A stretch of DNA of 64,000 nucleotides, taken from a virus. The position numbers were made by a program, and so were the translations under genes. The stretch is taken from positions 95,935 through 159,934 of the IMG/VR virus record IMGVR_UViG_3300007734_000760. One strand, written 5' to 3'. The number at the start of each line of letters is the position of its first letter. Position 1 is the first letter of the stretch. Below, one piece after another: positions 20,098-30,400 of the stretch. The notes under the pieces were generated by a model that saw nothing but the letters and a program-made list of their open reading frames with translations, searched no databases and had not been told where the DNA came from.

Positions 20098-21542
20098 TAT
20101 AACTTAGGTTGTTTTTTTAATGTATAATCTTCATTAGTTAAAATTTCTTCTTTTTTAAGATTACTTAATATTTTATTTAAATTAGCGGTATCAGATAATG
20201 GAAATCTAATTGTAGTAGAATTAATTATATCTGGATGTAGTTCTGGTCTTGATCCAGTTTCTTTATTTTGAGTAGCATAAAAATCTTTTACTAAATTATA
20301 ATTTTTAGTAGTCTTTTTTAAAAATATAAATATTATTTTATTTTTATCATCACGTGTTTCATCAAAATCAAGTGGACTAAGAGTTACTCCTTTTTCTCTT
20401 CCAAAACTAGCTAACTTTTTATATAGTTCACGACCATTTTCTTGATATGTTTTAATATTAGTAGCGTTTGAAACTGTAGGTTCGCCAAATATTGTTTTTT
20501 CAAAGTTTTTATAATTTTCACTTTTATTAGTAAACGCACCAACAAAATATTTTGGATCCATTAATTTACTTTTTAACTCTTCAGCGTTAATATTATCAGT
20601 TAAAATTTCAAGTTCCCACTCGTTTTCTGTACTAGTATTACTAAATGTAGGTTCTTCATTTTCATTTATATTATTTTTAATTTTATCTTCCCAATTTCTA
20701 AGACATATATTACCTTTTAAATATGCTTCTTTTTCTAGTTCTTCTAATTCATCTCCTTCATTAGTATTAGTAGTATGAATATTTTGTAATCTACCTTCAT
20801 TATCTTGTATACGATGAATCATTTCATGAGCATATGAGCGTAATATATCTTTTGGGAGACGATTCATTGTATATAATGTAATTGAACAATCATTTGGATC
20901 ATAATGTGCTGTTTTACCTAAAATATTAGATGCGTTTTTAGAATCGTTGTTTATTAATTTTAATTTAGGTAAAGGTTTAATGTCCATACCTTTATTAATC
21001 ATATACTTAGTTAATGATTTTATTGCTTCTTTTAAATTAATAGGAATATTTGATTTCATTTCATTAATTGGTTCATTAATGTTGTAGTATAGTTTAACTG
21101 CTTTAATAGCATATTCAGCAGCATAAGCACCAGCAGCAGCAGCATAAGCAGCATCAGCAGCAGCATAAGCAGCATCAGCAGCATAACCATAAGCAATATT
21201 GCCAGCGGCATTTATAATAAACGTTTTAGCGGCATAAAAAGCGGCATTTATATTTTCTTTTGTTAGGTCAGCTAAACACGCTTTAGCAGCCTCTATTGCT
21301 TTACGAGGACGATTATCGTTTGGATATTTTTCTTCAAAAATATGTAAAACTATTTCAGCACATTGAATTGCTAAAGATAGTTTTTCTTTAGCATCTCGAG
21401 ATGCTAATATTCTAGATTGAAGAGATAAGAGTTGAGGAAGTGGTGAAGGTTTAAATACTTTGATTTCGTTAATATATTTTAATGAAGATATCATTTTATC
21501 TTTAAGTAATTCTTCTGTTAAGATATTTATTAAATTTTTCAT
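20097..21542 (-). CDS. Modular protein: leader, Imm5-like domain, HExxH metallopeptidase-like module, unknown module
   Basis: YINE|IKVFKP, SLAIQCAEIVLHIFEEKYPNDNRPRKAIEAAK, Ala-rich repeat, AHEMIH; modules separated by INE. Confidence 0.8.
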   Translation of the reverse strand: MKNLINILTEELLKDKMISSLKYINEIKVFKPSPLPQLLSLQSRILASRDAKEKLSLAIQCAEIVLHIFEEKYPNDNRPRKAIEAAKACLADLTKENINAAFYAAKTFIINAAGNIAYGYAADAAYAAADAAYAAAAGAYAAEYAIKAVKLYYNINEPINEMKSNIPINLKEAIKSLTKYMINKGMDIKPLPKLKLINNDSKNASNILGKTAHYDPNDCSITLYTMNRLPKDILRSYAHEMIHRIQDNEGRLQNIHTTNTNEGDELEELEKEAYLKGNICLRNWEDKIKNNINENEEPTFSNTSTENEWELEILTDNINAEELKSKLMDPKYFVGAFTNKSENYKNFEKTIFGEPTVSNATNIKTYQENGRELYKKLASFGREKGVTLSPLDFDETRDDKNKIIFIFLKKTTKNYNLVKDFYATQNKETGSRPELHPDIINSTTIRFPLSDTANLNKILSNLKKEEILTNEDYTLKKQPKL

Positions 21543-21605
21543 GTTTAATTGATAAAAGACTTAGATAGTCTAAGTCCCTTATAAATATTAAAAGTATACG
21601 AAAAT

Positions 21606-22394
21606 TTATGATTTTAGTTTAACTGTTGTAGGAAATTTATTAAACGATGGTTCATTATGAGTATTTTCTAATTTATATATATCATATATTTTAGTAAATA
21701 AACTCCAGTTTTCTTCAAGTGGACGTGGGGAAGTTGATATTTCCCATCCTTTACCTTGAATGTTAGTACCTTTTTTATCTGGTCCACGTTTAGATGATTT
21801 TAACCATATTACACCAGTATTTTTTATTTTAGATTCATGATTTTCATTCCAACAGGTAGTGTAAGCTGCTAACTGTAAATCATATGATGTGTGTAAACTG
21901 TTTGATGTTTTAATGTCTAATATCCATAATTCATCTTTTAATTTAACAACTAAGTCACAAGTGCCAGCTATTTTGTGTTCATGTGAAAACAAATGAATTT
22001 CACTTTCAATAAGTTCTGGTTTTTCTGTTTCCCAAAATTCAACAAATTTAAGCAACATTTGCCAAACATGTAATGAATAAAGAGCATTACCTTTATCATC
22101 TAACCAATCAAGTTTTTCACCTGTTAAGTATCTTTCAATTAAACTATGAGTTTGAGTACCATCATCTGCTGATTTTTTAGCTATGAATTCAGCATTGTGT
22201 CCTACATCTTTTAACCAATTTTCAAAAAATTTACCTTTAGGAAAGTACTGTAAAATACTTGTTACTGAGGGATAATACAAATCTCCATGTTTATAAAATC
22301 TATTATCTAAAAAATTAATTTGATTACTTTTACTATCTACTTCAAGTAATCGTTTGATACCTTTACTATGTATCGAGTTTCCTTTTTCTATCAT
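21606..22394 (-). CDS. PD-(D/E)XK exonuclease (Cas4-like phage exonuclease)
   Basis: YPSVTSIL, GTQTH, AGTCD, DIKTS and QLAAY motifs. Confidence 0.85.
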   Translation of the reverse strand: MIEKGNSIHSKGIKRLLEVDSKSNQINFLDNRFYKHGDLYYPSVTSILQYFPKGKFFENWLKDVGHNAEFIAKKSADDGTQTHSLIERYLTGEKLDWLDDKGNALYSLHVWQMLLKFVEFWETEKPELIESEIHLFSHEHKIAGTCDLVVKLKDELWILDIKTSNSLHTSYDLQLAAYTTCWNENHESKIKNTGVIWLKSSKRGPDKKGTNIQGKGWEISTSPRPLEENWSLFTKIYDIYKLENTHNEPSFNKFPTTVKLKS

Positions 22395-23344
22395 ATTGTT
22401 TTTAATTTATTCTCAATTAAGTTTGAGAAGGTTAGTGGTAATGTTTTTTGAATAAGATTAGTAAATTTTTCAAATCCCATATCAGAAGGATCTTTTTCAT
22501 TTATGTCTACTAAATAAACTTCTTTACCCTCATTCATTAGTGTTTCACAAAAGTTTAAAGCTTGTTTAATAGCATCCTTGTCTAAAGCTATGTATATTTT
22601 TTCAACTGATGAGTTAATGATTTTTTTCATTAATTCAGGTTGAATGTTTTTACCTAATAAAGGAATAGCATTACGTTTAATAGCTATAGCATCAAATATA
22701 CCTTCACATAAAACAAGAGGTACATTCCAATTTATAAATAATTCTAATCCAATTATGTCTCTTGACACATCTGGATTTTTATATTTTATTTTAGAATTTT
22801 TATTAAAACTGCGTGATGTAAAGTAATTTAAATTACCGTTTGAATCATATGATGGTAATATAATCATATTAGAATAAACGCCAAATTCACAGTATCCTAT
22901 ATTATATTTAAGTATATCGATTTTATTAATACCTCGTTTATTTAAATAATGTATGGCTTGTTTAGCGGTAAGATTACTTGGTGGATTTAATAAAGATATA
23001 AATTCTATAGGTAAAGATACTCTTTTAAGTGTTGTTTCTTGGCGATTATCTTTAGGTGATGATTTAATTAAAAATCTTAATTCATTTACTTTATCTGAAT
23101 CAGCCTCTATTTTTTTAAATAATGTAGTTAGTTTTTTACCTCTAAATTGATCACAAACCCAACAATGGTATGATTGAAAGTTAGAAGAAATCTCATCTAA
23201 ATTAATTTCTAATTTTAGTTTAGTAGGATGACATCCTTTAGGACAAAAAAATGCTCTGTTACCTTTAGAAGTAGATTTAGATTTTCCTAATACCGATTCT
23301 AATAAATAAATTAGAGCACTATTTGTGTTTCCATTTATAACCAT
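22391..23344 (-). CDS. DNA primase (zinc finger plus TOPRIM)
   Basis: CPKGCH...HCWVC; LCEGIFDA; ALDKDA; KDPSD. Confidence 0.85.
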   Translation of the reverse strand: MVINGNTNSALIYLLESVLGKSKSTSKGNRAFFCPKGCHPTKLKLEINLDEISSNFQSYHCWVCDQFRGKKLTTLFKKIEADSDKVNELRFLIKSSPKDNRQETTLKRVSLPIEFISLLNPPSNLTAKQAIHYLNKRGINKIDILKYNIGYCEFGVYSNMIILPSYDSNGNLNYFTSRSFNKNSKIKYKNPDVSRDIIGLELFINWNVPLVLCEGIFDAIAIKRNAIPLLGKNIQPELMKKIINSSVEKIYIALDKDAIKQALNFCETLMNEGKEVYLVDINEKDPSDMGFEKFTNLIQKTLPLTFSNLIENKLKTI

Positions 23345-23954
23345 AAGCTGTTTTTTGTTTTTTTAAGCAACAATCTGCTATGTTTCTACTAGTTCTTTTT
23401 TTATCCGTTCTGGTATTCTCTTCAGCTTCAGAAGCAGTAATCCATTCTTTTATAAAATTTTCTTGTAAATCATATTGTAAAACAGGTTTACCTTTAGTAT
23501 TTTTAGTATTCTCAGAAATTTTTCTTTTCCAATTTTCAGAAATTTTTCTTCCTATTAATGATTTACTTATGTTTGTTTTCCAATTTTTAGTTAATATTCT
23601 TTCACTTTTATGGATTTCAGAAATTAATTTTTTAGTATTTTCTTTCATCGGTTTAGATAAACCTGTATGTGTTTTACTTATTAATTTTTTAGTTTTAATA
23701 CTGTGATGTGTAACACCCCCACCCCCACTATTTTTATTTTCTAATTTAAAATTCCAACTTTTAAATAAACTTATATAATGTTTTTCCCAAAATTTCCAAT
23801 CTTTAGTTAAAACTATATCTAATAAAACTATATTTACTCCGTTTTGAAATTTATGATGATTAGATAATCTTTGTCTTAAAGAACATGATGTTTTTCCTAT
23901 ATAAAACGGAATATTATCTTTTTCTAAAAAATATATTTTAGTTAAAACATCCAT
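23319..23954 (-). CDS. GIY-YIG-like homing endonuclease with NUMOD1
   Basis: KIYFL...FYIGKT, LENKNSGGGG, VLQYDLQENFIKEW...TAYGYKWK. Confidence 0.8.
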   Translation of the reverse strand: MDVLTKIYFLEKDNIPFYIGKTSCSLRQRLSNHHKFQNGVNIVLLDIVLTKDWKFWEKHYISLFKSWNFKLENKNSGGGGVTHHSIKTKKLISKTHTGLSKPMKENTKKLISEIHKSERILTKNWKTNISKSLIGRKISENWKRKISENTKNTKGKPVLQYDLQENFIKEWITASEAEENTRTDKKRTSRNIADCCLKKQKTAYGYKWKHK

Positions 23955-23990
23955 ATAATTAATATAAATAAAAATTTTAAATAAGCCTAA

Positions 23991-24425
23991 TTAAAAATCT
24001 CTTCTATGAAATTTTGCTAGAATATTATCGTTATAACTGTCAATGAACAATACATCTTCTTTAACTTGATGCATTACCTCATAATATGTTAATTGTTTTT
24101 TTGTTTTGCAGATTGTTAAGATTTCTCTTTTAAATTTATCTTCACCTAATGATTTAACATCGTTTAAAAGAGGTTTACAACTACCCCAATATGTTAACCA
24201 ATTTGATTCAGATATAATTAATTTTGTAGATGGTGTTCTACCACGTTGTGTTGGTAAAGCAGCAATTTCTTTTTTACCTAGTTTTTTATTAATTTTTGAT
24301 AAAAGTTGTTTTTTACCTATATATGATTTACCATTTACTAAATTAGTAATTCGATAAACATATCCAAATGTGCCTTCAGGGAAATCTTCTGTTTTTTCTA
24401 TAACTTTATTTTCGTATAACCACAT
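23991..24425 (-). CDS. GIY-YIG endonuclease (T4 endonuclease II-like)
   Basis: GYVYRITN...SYIGKK, ESNWLTYWGS, YNDNI. Confidence 0.75.
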   Translation of the reverse strand: MWLYENKVIEKTEDFPEGTFGYVYRITNLVNGKSYIGKKQLLSKINKKLGKKEIAALPTQRGRTPSTKLIISESNWLTYWGSCKPLLNDVKSLGEDKFKREILTICKTKKQLTYYEVMHQVKEDVLFIDSYNDNILAKFHRRDF

Positions 24426-24430
24426 TTTAT

Positions 24431-24772
24431 TTATTTATTTTTAATTAACAACTCACCTAACACTTCTAATCTACCCATTTCAGTTTGAAATTCATTTTGA
24501 GTCATATTTAATGATATGCTTTTTAAAGTTTTATCAAATTCTTTTTTAGCATCATCTAGATTTAATTTACCAGCTGCTGCTTTTTTATAATATGGTAATT
24601 TAACTTTATAGTGTTTATAAGTTAATAAAGATAAACCGCCTGCTTTTTGAGTGGTATCAGCTATTTTTTCAGCACCTTTACCTCGAGTTTCTGCAAACTC
24701 TTCAAGTGCTTTTTCTGTAGGGATATTCTTTTCTTTAAGAGCCTCACTTAATATGTTAATCAGTTTTATCAT
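24431..24772 (-). CDS. Leader-tagged hypothetical protein
   Basis: MIKLINILSEALKE. Confidence 0.75.
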   Translation of the reverse strand: MIKLINILSEALKEKNIPTEKALEEFAETRGKGAEKIADTTQKAGGLSLLTYKHYKVKLPYYKKAAAGKLNLDDAKKEFDKTLKSISLNMTQNEFQTEMGRLEVLGELLIKNK

Positions 24773-25671
24773 TATCTATCTAAATTAATTATAATATTCA
24801 TATCTGTAGTGTGTGATGAAAGTAGTGGCTTAGCTAATTTAGCTACAGCTAATAACTCTTGATTATCATTATATAAACCTACTGTTGTAACATATGGTGC
24901 AAAAAATGATCCAGTAGTATAATCATATACTGTACTGCCTGATAGTAATGATAAATTATAACTTAAATTAAATTCATTTTCACGTATGTTACATTTATAT
25001 TGAGTTTCATATATAGTATATGTACTAGCAAAAGACATAGTAACTGTAGATTGATTTATGAATCCATTTATAAGAGAACTACTATAAGTAGAATTAGTTA
25101 AAACTATAACCCCATGAGAATAAATAATATCTCCTACATTAATGTTAATTGAACTAGATGTGTATATTATATTACCTTCTCCATCATCTGAAATACTGCC
25201 GCTTAATGAGGTCATATTAAAACTTAAAGGACGAATTTGTTCTCCAAACAGTGTTGTAGGAATAGATATTACTCCTATTTGATTATTTGAACCTGTAGGA
25301 ATATATCTTGATGAAGTTAAGGTTGATTGTAAATAATTTTCATAACTTGGTTGTTGATTATTTGCTTGAATTAAAATTCCATTAACATCTATTGTTAATG
25401 TTGCTTCACTACCTAAACTAGAAGATAAATAATTAGAATAATATAATTCTTTAATTGAGTTATATATTAGTCTTTGATATGAACCACTATTTATAAATCC
25501 AGTTGTCGGATCAGTTACTAAACTAAATAGTCCAGTAATGTTTGTACCTGTAAATCTATCAATACCAGCATATGAAGTTGTAAATTCACTACCACTAAAA
25601 GTAAAATTTTTATTTACTCCAAAGGGTGTGACAATTAAGTCAGATGATAAAAATTGTTTGAATACACTCAT
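24772..25671 (-). CDS. Tail/baseplate structural protein
   Basis: S/G/T-rich; C-terminal TTVGLYNDNQELLAVAKL. Confidence 0.7.
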   Translation of the reverse strand: MSVFKQFLSSDLIVTPFGVNKNFTFSGSEFTTSYAGIDRFTGTNITGLFSLVTDPTTGFINSGSYQRLIYNSIKELYYSNYLSSSLGSEATLTIDVNGILIQANNQQPSYENYLQSTLTSSRYIPTGSNNQIGVISIPTTLFGEQIRPLSFNMTSLSGSISDDGEGNIIYTSSSININVGDIIYSHGVIVLTNSTYSSSLINGFINQSTVTMSFASTYTIYETQYKCNIRENEFNLSYNLSLLSGSTVYDYTTGSFFAPYVTTVGLYNDNQELLAVAKLAKPLLSSHTTDMNIIINLDR

Positions 25672-25682
25672 TCATTATTAAC

Positions 25683-26705
25683 TTAGAAATCTAATTTAAC
25701 TCTTAAAAGCATTTCTTTAGTAAAATCTTTTTTAAGTGGTTTTGACAATTTAGCTACAGCTAATAATTCATTATTATCGTTATATAATCCTACAGTAGTA
25801 ATAAATGTTTGAGGATTATTTATAAAACTGTCGTATAATACAGATCCATTACTTCCAGATATAAAACTTGGATTTTCTGAATAATTAAATTCTGAGTTAC
25901 GAGCACGAATAAAAACAAAATCTGATGTTAAAGTTTCTTGAGAATTTAAAGAAAAAGAAGCTCCACTTTGAATAGCAGTAAGTAACTTTCTATTATTTAA
26001 TCCTGGAGAGTTAAAACTTTGACTTACAGATAAAACTATGCCTCCACCTGCTACTGTTGTTGCTAAAGCAGATGAATTTAATATTAATGTACTAATATCT
26101 GGTAAAAAATATCCGTATGAACCTGAATTAAAACTAAAACCGTTAGCATTTAATGCTGAGTATTTTATACCTCCAGCTGAACCACTTATTAAGTTATATA
26201 CTCTACCTGAATCTGTGAATACATTAGTAGAAGTATATTGAGAATCATCAATTAATAATATTGAATTAGATCCAGATGTTAATCTTAATCTTAGTGAACC
26301 TGGAAATAAACTTTCTTTATATCTATTTCTTTCTAAACTAATAACATGAAAATTTGACTGAGTAACATTACCAAATACAAAATTAGCATTTTCGTCTCCT
26401 AAAGTTAAACTTCTATATTGACCATATATTGTTCTAGATGGGGAAGAGCCAGACACTGCACTATCATAAAAATAACTTCCGCTTCCTGCTTTATCTCCAT
26501 AAGCTATGTCAAACTGTATTTCAGCGTTTGAAAGAAGTGATTCAGTATTATATACATTTAAATAATACGCTCCTGCTTCTGTTTGTTCTTGTATTGCAGA
26601 TGTATAAAATGTAGTTAAGGTTGGAATGTATCCAGTCCATAATGTAGAAGTAATACTATCTGATGATAGTAATAAATCTTCGGGGTCTAATCTTTTAAAT
26701 GACAT
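25683..26705 (-). CDS. Tail/baseplate structural protein (paralog of neighbour)
   Basis: C-terminal TTVGLYNDNNELLAVAKLSKP. Confidence 0.7.
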   Translation of the reverse strand: MSFKRLDPEDLLLSSDSITSTLWTGYIPTLTTFYTSAIQEQTEAGAYYLNVYNTESLLSNAEIQFDIAYGDKAGSGSYFYDSAVSGSSPSRTIYGQYRSLTLGDENANFVFGNVTQSNFHVISLERNRYKESLFPGSLRLRLTSGSNSILLIDDSQYTSTNVFTDSGRVYNLISGSAGGIKYSALNANGFSFNSGSYGYFLPDISTLILNSSALATTVAGGGIVLSVSQSFNSPGLNNRKLLTAIQSGASFSLNSQETLTSDFVFIRARNSEFNYSENPSFISGSNGSVLYDSFINNPQTFITTVGLYNDNNELLAVAKLSKPLKKDFTKEMLLRVKLDF

Positions 26706-26728
26706 TTTTTATATTTTAGTTTTTAATT

Positions 26729-27397
26729 TTAAACTTTTGTAACAGTGATAGGTATTACTAATCTAGCACCACTGTCTCTTCCTACTACTATTAAAGAAGC
26801 AAATATTTTAGCACCTACTCCAGCTCCGTTTCCAAATAAAGTATTAATTGAAGTTGCTGTTAAGTTAATTGTAGTACCTACTACTGTTTTAGAAACATTA
26901 GTTCCAAGTGTAGTAGTTTGATTATTTAATGATTGAGCGGAAGTTGTATTAACTCCTGTTGCAGAAAAATTACTTAATAATCTAATATCTGAAACTGTTG
27001 CAGTGTATCCTGAGGCTTCATTTGTTGTGTTGTTACCTAAATAATTTAAAGTTTGAGGAGTTATAGCTAATGAAGCTCCTTGCTTTAAAGTAATCGCTGC
27101 ATAACCTAAATCTAAAATAGGTAGCTTTGATGTTCCACGAGGTAATGTAGCTAATTTATACTTCATTACTTGATTTTCATCTGGGAAAGCTTCTAGTAAA
27201 GGCATATTATCAATTGCTTGACCATAATAAGCTGAGCCAGATGGATGATTTGGATTATACATTGTGTAATCAATTTCATCATCTGCTAAAGCAAATTGAG
27301 TAATTTTAAATGAACCGTCGCCTTTAGCTAATAATTCACGACCTTTTTTTGTTAATATTGCGTCAATAGTTATGACAGAGTTATTTAAGTATCCCAT
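26729..27397 (-). CDS. Virion structural protein
   Basis: DAILTKKGRELLA...ITQFALADDEIDY, tail-collar-like N-terminus. Confidence 0.7.
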   Translation of the reverse strand: MGYLNNSVITIDAILTKKGRELLAKGDGSFKITQFALADDEIDYTMYNPNHPSGSAYYGQAIDNMPLLEAFPDENQVMKYKLATLPRGTSKLPILDLGYAAITLKQGASLAITPQTLNYLGNNTTNEASGYTATVSDIRLLSNFSATGVNTTSAQSLNNQTTTLGTNVSKTVVGTTINLTATSINTLFGNGAGVGAKIFASLIVVGRDSGARLVIPITVTKV

Positions 27398-27424
27398 TTT
27401 ATGTTAATTTTTATTATAAATATA

Positions 27425-30400
27425 TTAAGTTTTAGGTCTATTTCCAAAGTTTTGAGTTATATAATCTAAGTTATTTTGAATAAATGGTAAAACTGTTGGG
27501 GTTGTGAAATTACCTTGTGAGTTTATATTTTGAGGAATTTTATCTATAAGTACACCTCCTCCATTTTTATTATCTTTCCATAATAAAGCTGATATAAGAG
27601 GATATTGATCAGAACCAATATACACTGTTGAATCAAATTTACCATTAGCTGTAGGGACAACACAGTATAAACTTAAATTATTAGATTGTATACTAGAACT
27701 TATAATTTTAAAAACTGAACGATTTCCAGTTACAGAATTAACAGTAGTAGAAGCAGAAATAATTTGACTATTTATTATTGTTGTTAGAGTAGTAGATGGA
27801 GATATTGATATTGGGTATGTAAAAGAACCAGTGTATAAAGTTAAATACCATGATTCCCCACTTAATATAGATTCACTTATATCTGTTGCAAACTGAATAG
27901 TTGGGCTTATAGTACCTAATATATATGAATTATTTTGAGTAGTTATATTAGCTACACTACCTATTGTAGATACTTTAATCACATTTGAACCTGACTCTAT
28001 AATAAGAGGTGACACAGATTTATCTCCGTTGTTAAATGGAATAGTTGGAGACCACACATTATAACTAGTTGGAGATGCAAAACCTTTAGCTTTTAAAGTA
28101 AAAGGTAAATTATTAAAAGAAGCATTATAGTATGACGCTTTTAATAAATCATTATTTTTAATTTTTTCTTTAATAAAAGTAAAAACAGGATTTGACGATG
28201 CTATAGTCACAGCACTAGATGTAGTATCAGTATTAATTATTTGATTAACATTAATTTTACTAAGAAAAGGTAATTCATATGGAGTATTTATTGAACTAAA
28301 TTCATAAATTAAAGTATCATAATTATCTGCTACACTTTGATTTTTTGAAGGATATAAATAAAGTCCTCCACTAGTTTTTGTTTGTAATTTATTTACTTGT
28401 ACTATTGATGAAGTATTAAAATTGTCAGATGAGTTTCTACTTCCATTGTACCTTGGATAAATATGTCTTTTCGCTTGATAATAAAAATCTTTAACATCAG
28501 CTTTTTTAGCTGATCCTGAAAGAAGCTGTTTAAAATATTCACTATTAATTGTGTTGTAACTATTATATTCTACTTTTTGATAGTTTTTACTTGCTTCCAT
28601 TTTATCTATGCTGCCGTATAAAACATCATAGTTTGTACCTTCAAAAGGTTGAGGAAGAAATGGTGATAAAAGTATTGAATTAGAATTAGGAGCTTGTGAG
28701 GCGCTTAAAGGATTAATAGTTAAAACAGCTAGTGATGCTGAAATAGGTACTACATTAGCGTTAGGGCAGCCTATTAAAACAAAATAACTGTCTCCATATT
28801 TTGGATTAGTATCAATAACTTTAACATTAAAACTACCAGTTTGATAATCAAATGCGAGAGGTGCAAACTCTTGAATTGTACTTACTAATTCAGCATTAGG
28901 CTGATTTTGTAAACCGTTGCCGCCTCCTCCTGTTATAACATCAAATGAAAGAGCACTTTTACCAGCAGTGACATAATTATATTTCCATATAGAAACTGTC
29001 CCAGTCCATTTATTAGGACTGCTTATATTATTAGTGGTAAGCAAACCGCTTGCTGTAATAGCTATAGGTATGTTTATATAGTCTTTTATTGTATATATAC
29101 TAGCTGTGACATTAATAGCTGGGTTATTAGGATTATCAAAAGATCCAGTATAATATCCTCTTGGGTCAACTTGAGCCGCAGAACTACTAAGTGTAAATAT
29201 AATAGGTGCTGAGTCTCCAACAGTAGTACCTGTACCACCAGTAAAAGGAGTAAAATTTGTACCTTTAATATTTCCAGATGCTGATAAGTTATAGTCTAAA
29301 ATATTATTATCTAGACTATAGTTTGTTAGATTTTTTTTAATTGTAAGTACAAAATAATTTATAAATTCGTTTTTATAAATTACATCATATGTTATTACTT
29401 GAGCGTTTGTATAAAAAACCTTTAATGTTTGTAAATATCTTAAACTAAGTGTATTATTTACTCCGTTTTTATCTTGTTTACTAATTAATATTTTGCTGTA
29501 CTCGTTTGTAGTTGATGTAATGTCTAAAGTAAAAATCATTTTACCTAAGTCAGTGGCTGTGACAAAATATGTTCTGTAATCAAATAACGGAATGTCATAA
29601 TAAAATTTTAAATCATAATCAAAAGATTTAGGCAACTCATGATCAAAAGGATTAGCAGCTGTTAAACTTTGAGTAGATACTGTTAAAATAGATCCTTTAA
29701 ATTCACCGGTAAAGAGTTCTACTAGATCTGTATGGAAAAATGTACTTAATCCTAAAGGACCATTATTTAGTTCTGTCCATCTTTGAGCTACATTTACTGC
29801 CCCTGGATATGAATTTGTTGTAATATAACTACCAGAACGTCCATCTAAATAAGGAAACATTCCTCCTGGACCTCCAGAAAACTCATATAATATTGATCCT
29901 GAGTAGTTACTAGGAAACGATTTAAAAGAGCTTGTATAGTTTTGAGTTTGAAGCTCATGTTCTATTTGAGCAGGTGAATATCTATTTCTTTCTAATAAAT
30001 GTTGTTTTATTACAACCCCAGATGCTAAATTAGTTCTAGCTGGAGTAAAATCTTTAATTAATTTAAATAATGAATTATCAAAATATTTAATTAAACGAAC
30101 ATAATCAAGCGTATTATAACTACTAGAATATTTTAAAAAATAATCATCTCTAATCTTATTAAAATCAGGATAAAAAGTAGTATTTTTGTTAACTAATTGT
30201 CTAGGATCACCAATATAATCACCAATATTAAAATAACCTAATTGAGTTGAAATATCATTATTTATTTCATTTTGTGGAGAAAAAGCTACTTCTACATAAT
30301 TAGTATCACGAGTATAGCTTTCACTTACTATATAGTTTTGTTGTAATGATCTATTAGTAGATAAAACGTTTCCTGTTGGTAATGTATTATTTTTTATTTT

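Noticed and set aside
6913-21467. Diversity-generating retroelement behind the repeated modules
   Set aside because: No reverse transcriptase in the window, and the differences are not adenine-specific
21606-22394. Cas4 as a sign of a CRISPR locus
   Set aside because: No Fe-S cysteine set, no array or other cas genes; it sits next to primase like a replication exonuclease
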